The notes below the pieces were generated by a model that made no database searches, was not told the origin of the DNA, and saw only the letters and a list, made by a program, of their open reading frames with translations. A DNA stretch of 64,000 bases from Planctomycetota bacterium (GTDB taxonomy: Bacteria; Planctomycetota; SZUA-567; H5-PLA8), in the NCBI GenBank assembly GCA_038227045.1, contig JBBRQD010000009.1, positions 14,112-78,111 of the forward strand. The letters are read 5' to 3'. The translations under genes were made by a program, and so were the position numbers. This document shows, in pieces, positions 24,587 to 33,925 of the stretch (its first letter is position 1; each line of letters begins with the position of its first letter).

Positions 24587-25156
24587 ATGGAATTCGACAA
24601 CATCGCAAATATCGTCAAAGCGGGCTGGCCGAGCGTCACGACGCCGAAAGTGGACGCCGGCGATTCGTTCATGTTGGTCCCGGCGGACGACGCACACGCG
24701 GTGTTGAAATTTCTGAAGGAAGACGAAGACCTGTTCTTCGACAGCCTGATGTGCCTCAGCGGTGCCGACACCGGCCGCGAATTGTGGGTCGTCTATTCGC
24801 TGCACAGCATGACGCATTTCCACAAGGCGAGCGTAAAAGTGGTCTTGCCGCGTGAAAACCCGGAGTGTGACACGGTCTCCGATCTGTGGGCTATGGCGAA
24901 TTTTTTCGAACGCGAGGCGTACGATTTGTACGGCATCCAGTTCAAAGGCCACCCCGACTTGCGGCGCATCATCAATCCGCCAGATTGGATCGGCTGGCCC
25001 GGCCGCAAGGATTACGAATACCCCGCCGACTACCACGGCGTCCCAACGCTGCGCGAGGACCAATTTTTCGCCGACTCGGTCGGTGCGGGCAACGAAGACC
25101 GCGAAGAAAAAGAGAAGGCGATGCTGGAGAAGTTGGGGCTGGTCGAGAAGAAATAA
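24587..25156 (+). CDS. nuoC: NADH-quinone oxidoreductase subunit C
   Basis: NFFEREAYDLYGIQFKGHPDLRRI is the 30-kDa subunit signature. Confidence 0.93.
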   Translation: MEFDNIANIVKAGWPSVTTPKVDAGDSFMLVPADDAHAVLKFLKEDEDLFFDSLMCLSGADTGRELWVVYSLHSMTHFHKASVKVVLPRENPECDTVSDLWAMANFFEREAYDLYGIQFKGHPDLRRIINPPDWIGWPGRKDYEYPADYHGVPTLREDQFFADSVGAGNEDREEKEKAMLEKLGLVEKK

Positions 25157-25159
25157 CGA

Positions 25160-25282
25160 CCTCGCACAAAGGCACGAAGAACACAAAGAAGCACAAAGAG
25201 GAGAGAGTTAAGGGCAGAGATTTTGAATTGAATTTGTTGTTTTGTTTGTGGTGCCTTTTGTTCTCTGAGCCTTTGTGCGAGG
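25160..25282. repeat. imperfect 123-nt palindrome in the nuoC-nuoD spacer
   Basis: The arms cctcgcacaaaggc (25160..25173) and gcctttgtgcgagg (25269..25282) are exact complements. The interior is partly complementary (cacaaag / ctttgt runs). Confidence 0.6.
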
Positions 25283-25385
25283 GGCCTTAATGCGCAATGT
25301 GCAACTTATGTAACGCAATTGCGGTGATTGAATCGGTCTTTGTAGTTCGCAACTCAATTCGTTTCGCTGGAAGGAATTACGACCC

Positions 25386-26603
25386 ATGCCGATGGTCGCT
25401 GAAAATTTAGTCGAAGTCGAAGTGGCCGACACCAAAGGCCGCATGAACTCCGAGGAGATGGTGCTCTCCATGGGGCCGCATCACCCGTCCACTCACGGCG
25501 TGTTGCGCCTCGAAGTCGTCACCGATGGCGAGGTCTGCGTCTCCTGCCGGCCGGATATCGGCTACCTGCATCGGGCCATCGAAAAGATCGGCGAGTACGT
25601 CGATTATCGCCAGTTCATGCCCTACACCGACCGCGTCGATTACGTCTGCTCGATGAATTCCAACCACGCCTACGCGCTGGGCGTCGAGAAACTGGGCGGC
25701 ATCAAAGTGCCGCTGCGCGCGGAACTGATGCGCGTGATGGTCGCCGAACTCAACCGCATCTCCAGCCACATGGTCTGCGTCGGCGCGCTGGCCATGGACA
25801 TGGGCGCGTACACGCCCTTTCTGCATGGCCTGTGCCACCGCGAACGCGTCAACGACATCTTCGAAGAAGTCTGCGGCGCGCGTCTCACTTATAATTACAT
25901 GACTATAGGCGGAGTCGCCTACGATGCGCCGCCGGGATTCATCGAAAAGTGCGACGAGTTCGCCGATTATCTCTGGCCGCGCATGGTTGAGTTCAACGAA
26001 CTCATCACGTCCAATTCGATCTTCAAAGACCGCCTCTGCAATGTCGGCATCTGTCCGCGCGACAAGGCCATCAACTGGGGTCTCGTCGGTCCCAATCTGC
26101 GCGGTTCGGGCGTCAAGTGGGACATCCGCAAAGACGAACCGTATTCAATCTACGACAAACTGAAATTCGACGTGCCCATCGGCGACGGCGGCGTTCCGCA
26201 CGGCAGCAATCCGGACGGCACGCTGGGCGACAGCTACGACCGCTACGTCGTGCGCGTCAAGGAAGTCTTCGAATCGATCAAGATCATCAAGCAAGTCTGC
26301 GTGATGATGCGCGAAAACGAAAAATTGCCCGCCGATCACCCGGACCGCTTGTCACAGGCCAAATTGCCAGGCCGCTTGAGAGTCAAGCGCGGCGAAGCCT
26401 ACGTCCGCAGCGAAAATCCGCGCGGCGAAACCGGCTATTACATCATCAGCGACGGCACGGACAAACCGGTGCGCATGAAAATCCGCACAGGCTCGTTCAC
26501 TGCGCTCGGCTGCTTCGAGGAAGTCACGCGCGGATTGCTCATCGGCGATGTGATCGCAGTGATTGGGAGCTTCGACATTGTATTGCCGGAGGTGGACAGG
26601 TAA
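25386..26603 (+). CDS. nuoD: NADH-quinone oxidoreductase subunit D
   Basis: MGPHHPSTHGVLRL...YTDRVDY...HRAIEK; 405 aa. Confidence 0.95.
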   Translation: MPMVAENLVEVEVADTKGRMNSEEMVLSMGPHHPSTHGVLRLEVVTDGEVCVSCRPDIGYLHRAIEKIGEYVDYRQFMPYTDRVDYVCSMNSNHAYALGVEKLGGIKVPLRAELMRVMVAELNRISSHMVCVGALAMDMGAYTPFLHGLCHRERVNDIFEEVCGARLTYNYMTIGGVAYDAPPGFIEKCDEFADYLWPRMVEFNELITSNSIFKDRLCNVGICPRDKAINWGLVGPNLRGSGVKWDIRKDEPYSIYDKLKFDVPIGDGGVPHGSNPDGTLGDSYDRYVVRVKEVFESIKIIKQVCVMMRENEKLPADHPDRLSQAKLPGRLRVKRGEAYVRSENPRGETGYYIISDGTDKPVRMKIRTGSFTALGCFEEVTRGLLIGDVIAVIGSFDIVLPEVDR

Positions 26604-26604
26604 C

Positions 26605-26892
26605 GTGTTGAAGAAAGTAATCACAACCGGACTAATGCTCCTACTTATTTCGTTGTCCGGCTGCGGCGGCAATTCGATGCAGGACATCACGACCAAGGCC
26701 GAAAAAGCCAAGACCCGCGCGCAACTTGAAGCGGCTCTGGGCAAGCCGGATAAGTTTGAGAAAGCAAAATTGGGCGTGTCGTTCGAATCGTGGCGGTACA
26801 CGGCGACGGACGGAGAAGTCGAATTCGGGATCGTCAACGACAAGGTTATCACTGTTGGAACGATGCCGAAGAAAAAAGAGCAAAAACAGTAG
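26605..26892 (+). CDS. small lipoprotein encoded between nuoD and nuoH
   Basis: GTG 26605 lies 1 nt after the nuoD stop and 11 nt after GGAGG. The sequence VLKKVITTGLMLLLISLSGCGG carries a lipobox (LSGC). The remainder is Lys-rich and soluble. Confidence 0.6.
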   Translation: MLKKVITTGLMLLLISLSGCGGNSMQDITTKAEKAKTRAQLEAALGKPDKFEKAKLGVSFESWRYTATDGEVEFGIVNDKVITVGTMPKKKEQKQ

Positions 26893-26920
26893 CGAATTTT
26901 AAAGAGGGAATCAACCGGAC

Positions 26921-28396
26921 ATGCCATTTCTCAACGATCTCTTCACGCATTGGAACTTCGGCCCGCTCTGGGTGTACTGGGGGCCGGTGTTTGCCGTTGT
27001 GATTCCCTGCTTGGTGGTTTTCCTCGGCATTCAGGCCGTCGCGGGGTTGAGCACTTATGTCGAGCGCAAAATCGCCGCCGATATTCAGCGCCGCGTCGGG
27101 CCCAACAAATGCAACTTCGGCTCGCTGCTCGGCGCCTTTGCGCGCGCCACGGTCGCCAACGGAAAGAGCGCTCATGCCGGGATGACGGGAAAGTTGATGG
27201 CGTTCGCGCTGACACCCGCCGTGCCGCTCCTCGATCTCGTCGATAAAGTCGCCTTGCGCTTCGCGCCCGGCGTGATGATTTTTCTCGCCGACGGCATCAA
27301 GCTGATCATGAAGGAAGACATTATCCCCGATCCGGCCGACAAGCCGCTCTTCAAAATCGCGCCGACCATCGTGCTCGCCGCGGCTCTGGGCGCGCTGGCC
27401 GTACTGCCCTATTCGGACGCGTGGTACGTCGCGGATTTCAACATCGGAATCTTCTACATCGCCGCGGTCACCAGCATCGAAGTGCTGGGAATCCTGATGG
27501 CCGGCTGGGCCAGCAACAATAAATGGGCGCTGCTGGGCGGAATGCGTTCGGCCGCGCAAATCGTGTCCTACGAACTCCCCGTCGGCCTGTCGATCCTCAC
27601 CGGCATCGCGATCAGCGGCACGTTGTCCATGCAGGGCATGACCTACGAACAGTTCGGATTTGTGGACAATAGCGGTTCGATGGCGACCGGCTGGTTCTGG
27701 CAATGGAATGTTTTTCATCCGGCCATGTTCGTGCTCTTCCCGGTCTATTTCCTCTCCGCGCTCGCCGAATGCAACCGCACGCCGTTCGATATTCCCGAAG
27801 CGGAATCGGAACTCGTCTCCGGCTACCACACCGAATATTGCGGCATGCGCTTCGCCTTTTTCTTCATGGCCGAATACGCGATGATGTGCGTGACCTGCGC
27901 GATCGCCGTCACGCTGTTTCTGGGCGGCTGGGCGACGGGCATCGGCTTTATCGAGAATCTATTGATGTCGTCAGGCCCGGAATTCGTGAACGGCGTGATG
28001 ACGAAACCGCCGCAATTCGCCTGGTACGGCACGCTGATTCATCTCGGCGTATTCTGCGCCAAGACCTATTTCCTCGTCTTCATCATGATGTGGATTCGCT
28101 GGACTCTGCCGCGTTTTCGCGTCGATCAGATGATGACCGTCTGCTGGAAAAAGCTGATCCCGCTCTCGATGATGTGCTTCGGCGGAGTCTGCGTGTGGCA
28201 GCTTGTCCGCATGATGATCCTGGCGCGCGGCGGCGGCGAAACGCTCGCCACGCTGACATTCTGGCTGCGCCTGCTGTTCGCGTTCGCGGTCGTCGGAGCG
28301 GTGGTGTGGTACTTCACGAAGCCTTTGACGAAAGAACAGATCGATCAGCGCGAAATGTTGGCGAAGGCCAATATGAACATGGGCGCGGCACTTTAA
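26921..28396 (+). CDS. nuoH: NADH-quinone oxidoreductase subunit H, enlarged (491 aa)
   Basis: YVERKIAADIQRRVGPN...LADGIKLIMKEDIIP...LAECNRTPFDIPEAESELVSGYHTEY. An extra block of about 55 aa lies between GPN and ADGIKL, and there are further insertions. Confidence 0.92.
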   Translation: MPFLNDLFTHWNFGPLWVYWGPVFAVVIPCLVVFLGIQAVAGLSTYVERKIAADIQRRVGPNKCNFGSLLGAFARATVANGKSAHAGMTGKLMAFALTPAVPLLDLVDKVALRFAPGVMIFLADGIKLIMKEDIIPDPADKPLFKIAPTIVLAAALGALAVLPYSDAWYVADFNIGIFYIAAVTSIEVLGILMAGWASNNKWALLGGMRSAAQIVSYELPVGLSILTGIAISGTLSMQGMTYEQFGFVDNSGSMATGWFWQWNVFHPAMFVLFPVYFLSALAECNRTPFDIPEAESELVSGYHTEYCGMRFAFFFMAEYAMMCVTCAIAVTLFLGGWATGIGFIENLLMSSGPEFVNGVMTKPPQFAWYGTLIHLGVFCAKTYFLVFIMMWIRWTLPRFRVDQMMTVCWKKLIPLSMMCFGGVCVWQLVRMMILARGGGETLATLTFWLRLLFAFAVVGAVVWYFTKPLTKEQIDQREMLAKANMNMGAAL

Positions 28397-28417
28397 AAAC
28401 GAAGCGGGAATTAATCG

Positions 28418-29122
28418 ATGATCCGATTCATGCAGGACATTTTTGACGGAATGAAGACATTCATGTCGGGGATGAAAGTCACCGGCGGCTACCTGGTCGA
28501 TTCGAACATCAAATCGAAGGAGGCCGCGACCACCGTGACCGTTCTCTACGACGGTTCGGAGGCATTGGCGAAGGAAGTCAAACTCGCCGACCGCTTCCGC
28601 GGGCATCTGCACAACGACATCGAACGTTGCATCGTCTGCAAAGCCTGCGCGAACGTCTGCCCGATCGACTGCTTCTGGATCGACGGCGAAAAGACCGAAT
28701 CGAACAAACTGCGCCCCAGCCGTTTCGACATCGATCTGTTGAAGTGCATGTACTGCGGGCTGTGCGTCTTCGCCTGTCCGACCGGTTGTTTGACGATGAC
28801 CAAGGAATGGTGGGGTTCGACATTCAACAACACCGACGGCACGAATCTACACGGGCAACTGAAGCGGTTCGGAGTCGGCTACTACACGCCGGAGAAAAAA
28901 GAGCAAGTCGAGCGCAAGCGCATAGAAGCCGCCGAAGCTAAGAAGAAAGCCGCCGCCGCCGCAGCAGCAGCGAAAGCCGCCGCCGCAGCAAAGGTTGCTG
29001 CAGCCGCGCCCGCCGCCGCGGCGAAATCGGCCGCGCCTGCAGCCGTCCCGGCGACAACAGCTCCAGCCGCCGCGACGGCAAAGGTCGCGGAAGTACCGAA
29101 GCCCGACGCGCCAAAAGCGTAA
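28418..29122 (+). CDS. nuoI: NADH-quinone oxidoreductase subunit I with Ala/Lys/Pro-rich C-terminal tail
   Basis: CIVCKACANVCP and CMYCGLCVFACP are the two 4Fe-4S motifs. The tail begins KKKAAAAAAAAKAAAAAKVAAAAPAAAAKSAAPAAVPATT. Confidence 0.92.
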   Translation: MIRFMQDIFDGMKTFMSGMKVTGGYLVDSNIKSKEAATTVTVLYDGSEALAKEVKLADRFRGHLHNDIERCIVCKACANVCPIDCFWIDGEKTESNKLRPSRFDIDLLKCMYCGLCVFACPTGCLTMTKEWWGSTFNNTDGTNLHGQLKRFGVGYYTPEKKEQVERKRIEAAEAKKKAAAAAAAAKAAAAAKVAAAAPAAAAKSAAPAAVPATTAPAAATAKVAEVPKPDAPKA

Positions 29123-29878
29123 TTATTTCATCATCTCGGCAAGCACCGGCTTCACCGCCGTGGCCCAGGCTTCGTAACCCTTCGTCTTCAGGTGCACATA
29201 ATCGGGTTGATAAAGTTCCTTGTCGAGATCGATGACGCCGGTTGCATCCGTGAATTTAGCGCCCATGTCGAGAAATCGAATGGCCGCGCCATCGTCCAGT
29301 TTCGCGGTCTGAGCGTTGATTTGTTTGATCTTCTCGCGAATCCCGTCGGTGTTGTTTTTTTGAGCGGGCAGGATTCCCAGCACAAGCACCTTGGCGTTTG
29401 GCAGTTTTTTGCGGATCGACTCGACGATTTTCTTGGTGCCGTCGGCGATCTTCTCCGGCTTGTCGTTGGACCACAGATTGTTGCCGCCGATCTCCAGCAC
29501 CACGGTTTTCGGAGCCAGGCCGTCGAGTTCGCCGTTGTCGATGCGCCAGAGAATCTGCTGCGTGCGGTCGCCGCCGACGCTGAAATTGGCCATCTTGTAG
29601 GCATCGAAATGAGTCTTCCACAGATCCTTCTGAGCCGAGTCGCCCCAGCCTTGCAGGACCGAGTCGCCGAGAAAAAGCAGTTCGATGCCGCCCTGTTTTG
29701 CGCGCTCAAGATACGCCTTGTGAAAGTCGTTCCACGCCCGCGGGCTCTTCTCGAAGTAGCCGCGCTCGGCAACAGTCGGATCCTGCTCTTTCGGCGGCGG
29801 TGCCACAGGATCCTCGCCGGCACGCAGAAGGGTTGCGAGAGTGAGAGCGGCAATGCCAAGCGTCAATCGTGAATTCAT
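29123..29878 (-). CDS. SGNH/GDSL hydrolase (PAF-acetylhydrolase-like), secreted
   Basis: MNSRLTLGIAALTLATLL is followed by LLFLGDSVLQGWG (I), FSVGGDRTQQ (II), VLEIGGNNL (III) and DYVHLKTKGY (V). Only the last 251 aa of the 473-aa track ORF are used. Its stop codon abuts the nuoI stop codon with no gap. Confidence 0.85.
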   Translation of the reverse strand: MNSRLTLGIAALTLATLLRAGEDPVAPPPKEQDPTVAERGYFEKSPRAWNDFHKAYLERAKQGGIELLFLGDSVLQGWGDSAQKDLWKTHFDAYKMANFSVGGDRTQQILWRIDNGELDGLAPKTVVLEIGGNNLWSNDKPEKIADGTKKIVESIRKKLPNAKVLVLGILPAQKNNTDGIREKIKQINAQTAKLDDGAAIRFLDMGAKFTDATGVIDLDKELYQPDYVHLKTKGYEAWATAVKPVLAEMMK

Positions 29879-29995
29879 GTCACAAACCTCTGAAGCAAGG
29901 TGCGAGGAGCGATTCGTCATTTGTCGTTTTCGAACGGACAGTATCGTAGTAGATTTGCATTTCGCCGCAATGGACGGCACGCGGGAAGACGCATC

Positions 29996-30265
29996 ATGGC
30001 TCAACCTCAACTGGTCTACGTCTGCGAAATCTGCCAGACGATTCTGCACGAACACCACTGCAAAGCCGTCTGCCCGAATTGCGGCCGCATGTTCGACTGC
30101 AGCGATTTGGCCGCGATGCACGCCAACGCCAGTTTCGACACGGCAAGCGGAGACCTCACAATCCGCCCCGGAAGCGATCCCCGCGACTGGCTGCCGAATG
30201 CCGGGAATGCTAATGGCGATACAGTGAAAAATAGGTCGGAAGATCCGAACGCGAATCTGCCGTGA
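29996..30265 (+). CDS. small zinc-ribbon protein (hypothetical)
   Basis: MAQPQLVYVCEICQTILHEHHCKAVCPNCGRMFDC contains CxxC...CxxC. The start is chosen at the internal ATG. Confidence 0.45.
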   Translation: MAQPQLVYVCEICQTILHEHHCKAVCPNCGRMFDCSDLAAMHANASFDTASGDLTIRPGSDPRDWLPNAGNANGDTVKNRSEDPNANLP

Positions 30266-30349
30266 AGTCTGAATTCTAGTGACGCTTTTCAGTTGCAATG
30301 CTATAATGCATTTTGACGTTTCCAGCGGTCGCGAACACGGAGATTCACA

Positions 30350-31493
30350 GTGCAATTCAATTATTCGGACGTAAAGCAGCAGCTCAAGGATATCCACGGC
30401 AGCCTCGTTCAGTTGCGGGGGTCGCTTTGACGTTCCCGCACGCGAAAAACGCCAGCAGGAAATCGAAAAATTGATGGAAGGCGCTGAATTCTGGAACGAC
30501 AACCAGAAGGCGCAGGGCCTGATCGCCGAACTCAAAACAATCAAAGCGTTGATCGGCGAATTGCCCGGCTACGAACAGCAGGGGATGGATCTGCTCGAAT
30601 TTCTTCAGATGGCCGAAGTAGATTCTGACGAAGCGACGGCGGAACAGGTCGCGGGGGATTGCCGCGCGCTTGCCGGCACCGTTCGCGGCTATGAATTGAA
30701 GTGCCAACTCACCGGCAAGAACGATCACCGCAACGCGTTCATTTCGTTTCAGGCCGGAAATGGCGGGACCGATGCGAAAGATTGGACCGACATGATCATG
30801 CGCATGTACGTGCGCTGGGCCGAAAAAAAGGGCTACAAAGTTCATTTCTTCGACGTGGATTTCAACGAAGCCGCGGGCATTAATTCGGCGATTTTGAAAA
30901 TCGAAGGTCCGTACGCATTCGGTTATCTAAAAGGAGAAATCGGCGTGCACCGGCTGGTGCGCATTTCGCCGTTCAACTCGGAAGGCAAGCGGCAGACCAG
31001 TTTCGCGGCGGTGGACGTGACGCCTGAATTTGAACCCGGCGACACCGAAATCATAATTCCGGACGCCGACATCGAACGCAGCACCTGCCGTTCCGGCGGC
31101 GCGGGCGGGCAGCACGTGAACAAGACCGAATCGGTCGTGCTGCTCAAGCACATCCCGACCGGCATCACGGTGCGCTGCCAGATTGAGCGCAGCCAGGTGC
31201 GCAACGGCCAGCTCGCAATGGAAATGCTGAAAGCAAAACTCGCGCGCCTGAAAGACCTCGAACGCGAAGCCGAGAACAAACAGAATTACAACGACAAAGT
31301 AGAAATCAACTTCGGCAGCCAGATCCGCTCATACACCTTAAATCCCTACACAATGGTCAACGATCACCGCACGGAATTGAAGGAACCGAACGCAGCAAAA
31401 GTCCTCGACGGCGATCTCGATCCGTTCATCGATGCGTATTTAAATTGGAAGATGGCGGGAGATCGGAAGAAGGCGATGGAAGCGAAGAAATAG
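30350..31493 (+). CDS. prfB: peptide chain release factor 2, requires programmed +1 frameshift (30350..30427 joined to 30429..31493)
   Basis: Frame 0 runs from GTG 30350 and gives [26 protein letters not shown], then TGA. The +1 frame continues [24 protein letters not shown]...SPF...[13 protein letters not shown]. Confidence 0.93.
30413..30431 (+). promoter_or_regulatory. RF2 autoregulatory +1 frameshift site
   Basis: gcgggggtcgCTTTGAC carries the SD-like GGGGG element 3 nt before CTT TGA C. This is the same layout as the E. coli prfB site. Confidence 0.9.
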
Positions 31494-31511
31494 ATCAAAA
31501 CAAATTAATCA

Positions 31512-31555
31512 ATTAGCGGTAATTTGCGTTAATCCGCGCTCATCTGCGATTTAGT
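31512..31555 (+). repeat. tandem 9-10-nt array (family F2)
   Basis: attagcggtaatttgcgttaatccgcgctcatctgcgatttag. Confidence 0.55.
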
Positions 31556-31591
31556 TTAAGTTTGAAAAACGGTTGGCACTCGAAAGTTAAA

Positions 31592-33562
31592 ATGAACCTC
31601 TTCGACGGCGGAGATGCCGAAATCTACGACATCCAAACCAAAGCCACCGGCCCCACCGGTGCGCTCCCGCTGACGCCCGAAATGTTGAAAACGTGGTCGT
31701 CCGGCGACCTCTTCGGTCTCTCACAGAATGCCGGGATGGGCTGGGATCCCGCCGCGGTGGCGCTCGAACCGTTTCTCATTCTCAGCACGCAGGGTGGTCT
31801 GCGCGCGGATGACGGCTCGCCCGTCGCGCTTGGCTTTCATACGGGACATTGGGAAATCGGGCTGCTCGTCAAGGAAGCCGCCGACGAATTGAAACGCCTC
31901 GGCACGGTGCCATTCGCTGGAAGCGTCTCCGATCCCTGCGACGGGCGGACGCAAGGCACGCCTGGAATGATGGACAGTTTGCCGTACCGCAACGACGCCG
32001 CAATCGTGTTGCGCAGATTAATTCGTTCGCTGCCACGCCGCAAAGGCGTGATCGGCGTCGCGACCTGCGACAAGGGCTTACCGGCGATGATGCTGGCGCT
32101 GGCAGGCGCGAAAGATTTGCCGAGCGTCCTCGTGCCTGGAGGCGTGACGCTTCCGGCAATTGACGGCGAAGACGCCGGAAAAATTCAGAGCATCGGCGCG
32201 CGTTACGCGCACGGCTCGATCTCGCTCGAAGACGCCTCCGAGCAAGGCTGCCGAACCTGCGCGACGCCCGGCGGAGGCTGTCAATTTCTCGGCACCGCCG
32301 CGACGGCGCAAGTAGTCGCGGAAGCGCTGGGAATGGCCCCTCCGCATTCGGCGCTCGCGCCATCGGGACAGCCGGTCTGGCGCGAAATCGCGCGCCGCGC
32401 CGCGCGCTGCGTCGCGGGTCTCGCCGCGAAAAAACTCGCGACGAAAGACATTCTGACCGACGCCTCGATTCGCAACGCCATGACCGTGCACGCGGCGTTC
32501 GGCGGTTCGACGAATTTGTTGCTGCACATTCCAGCAATCGCATTCGCGGCGGGATTGCGGCGGCCAACCGTGGACGATTGGCGCGCGGTCAACGCAAAAG
32601 TCCCACGCCTGGTCAGCGTGCTGCCGAACGGGCCGGTCGATCACGCCACGGTCCGCGTGTTCCTCGCAGGCGGCGTACCCGAAGTCATGCTGCATCTGCG
32701 CACGTTGAATCTGCTCGACGAACGCGTCTTGACCGTGACCGGCGAACCGCTCGCGCGCGTGCTGGACGAATGGCAGAATTCGGAGCGTCGAAAACGCATG
32801 CGCGCGAAACTCCTCGAACTCGACGGCGTCGATCCGGACGATGTGATCATGAGTCCGTCGCGTGCGCGCGAACGTGGATTGACCAGTACGGTGACGTTTC
32901 CGAAGGGCAACCTCGCGCCGGAAGGTTCACTCATCAAAAGCACGTCGATTGATCCGAACGTCGTCGATGCGGACGGCGTCTACAGAAAAACCGGACCCGC
33001 CCGCGTCTTCACGCGCGAACGCGATGCGGTGGCGGCGATCAAAGGACAATTCGGCGAACCCGTCAAAGCCGGCGACGTGCTGGTGCTGATCGGGCGCGGG
33101 CCGATGGGCGCGGGGATGGAAGAGATTTACCAGATCACCTCCGCGCTGAAATTCCTGCCCTTCGGCAAACACGTCGCGGTCCTCACCGACGCCCGCTTCT
33201 CCGGCGTTTCAACGGGCGCCTGCATTGGCCACATCGGGCCGGAGGCGCTAACGGGCGGACCCATCGGAAAACTGTGCGACGGGGATGTGATCGAAGTAAT
33301 CGTAGATAGATTAAAGCTCGAAGGCTCCATAAATTTCATAGGCAGCGGCGGTCAGAAATTCGATGCAATTGAAGGTGCGAAAATTCTTGCCTCAAGAACG
33401 CCGCACCCGGGCCTCGCACCAGACCCCGGTCTGCCCGACGACACGCGCCTCTGGGCGGCGTTACAGGCGGTGGGAGGTGGCACGTGGGGCGGTTGCGTGT
33501 ATGATGTCGATGCGATCGTCAATGCCTTGGGGCAGAAAAAAAGTTCGGAGTTCAGCCTTTAA
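31592..33562 (+). CDS. YjhG/YagF-family D-xylonate dehydratase (IlvD/Edd superfamily)
   Basis: It is collinear with E. coli YjhG as I recall that sequence: [85 protein letters not shown] and [21 protein letters not shown]. The last 6 codons and the stop lie inside an F3 repeat arm. Confidence 0.9.
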   Translation: MNLFDGGDAEIYDIQTKATGPTGALPLTPEMLKTWSSGDLFGLSQNAGMGWDPAAVALEPFLILSTQGGLRADDGSPVALGFHTGHWEIGLLVKEAADELKRLGTVPFAGSVSDPCDGRTQGTPGMMDSLPYRNDAAIVLRRLIRSLPRRKGVIGVATCDKGLPAMMLALAGAKDLPSVLVPGGVTLPAIDGEDAGKIQSIGARYAHGSISLEDASEQGCRTCATPGGGCQFLGTAATAQVVAEALGMAPPHSALAPSGQPVWREIARRAARCVAGLAAKKLATKDILTDASIRNAMTVHAAFGGSTNLLLHIPAIAFAAGLRRPTVDDWRAVNAKVPRLVSVLPNGPVDHATVRVFLAGGVPEVMLHLRTLNLLDERVLTVTGEPLARVLDEWQNSERRKRMRAKLLELDGVDPDDVIMSPSRARERGLTSTVTFPKGNLAPEGSLIKSTSIDPNVVDADGVYRKTGPARVFTRERDAVAAIKGQFGEPVKAGDVLVLIGRGPMGAGMEEIYQITSALKFLPFGKHVAVLTDARFSGVSTGACIGHIGPEALTGGPIGKLCDGDVIEVIVDRLKLEGSINFIGSGGQKFDAIEGAKILASRTPHPGLAPDPGLPDDTRLWAALQAVGGGTWGGCVYDVDAIVNALGQKKSSEFSL

Positions 33563-33613
33563 GTTGTCTTGGGTGCAATCAAAGTCTCGCAGCCTGAAGG
33601 CTGAACTTCGAAC
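33543..33613. repeat. F3 hairpin element (gttcggagttcagcc ... ggctgaacttcgaac)
   Basis: The left arm at 33543..33559 overlaps the dehydratase stop codon. The right arm is at 33590..33613. Confidence 0.7.
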
Positions 33614-33637
33614 ACGAAAATCCGAGATTCGTTCAAT

Positions 33638-33862
33638 ATGCCGAATGAAATACGTCATCCTATAATTTTTGCTGCTGGCTTGATCACACTTGGGATCAGC
33701 GGAGTGATGTTCTTCGTCGCAGCGGCGCTGTTCACGGCGAAGACTGTGACACCCCTATGGGACTGGATCGGATTCGTTTCGTTCTGGGGTTTAATTCCCG
33801 TTGGGATTCTGGGTACTTTCATTGTATTGCTATCGGTCTTTTTACCGGGCGGACGGGAATGA
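33638..33862 (+). CDS. small two-TM membrane protein (hypothetical)
   Basis: Two hydrophobic helices are present: IIFAAGLITLGISGVMFFVAAALF and FVSFWGLIPVGILGTFIVLLSVF. Confidence 0.45.
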   Translation: MPNEIRHPIIFAAGLITLGISGVMFFVAAALFTAKTVTPLWDWIGFVSFWGLIPVGILGTFIVLLSVFLPGGRE

Positions 33863-33925
33863 CAGGCGCCGTCCCCAGTGTTCGAAACTGTTTTTCTTTG
33901 GACGTAAAAAACAAACTCATCCACT

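Larger units (their letters stand above)
21047..24617 (+). repeat. tandem duplication of about 1.79 kb (unit 1 = 21047..22834, unit 2 = 22835..24617)
   Basis: Each unit contains an intergenic leader, the PKD-like gene and the first 31 nt of nuoC. The string atggaattcgacaacatcgcaaatatcgtca is identical at 22804..22834 and 24587..24617. Confidence 0.85.

Noticed and set aside
29879-30544. Upstream 222 aa of the 473-aa minus-strand ORF 29123..30544
   Set aside because: This part lacks protein-like character and overlaps the prfB start and the zinc-ribbon ORF. The SGNH protein starts at ATG 29878 with a normal signal peptide.
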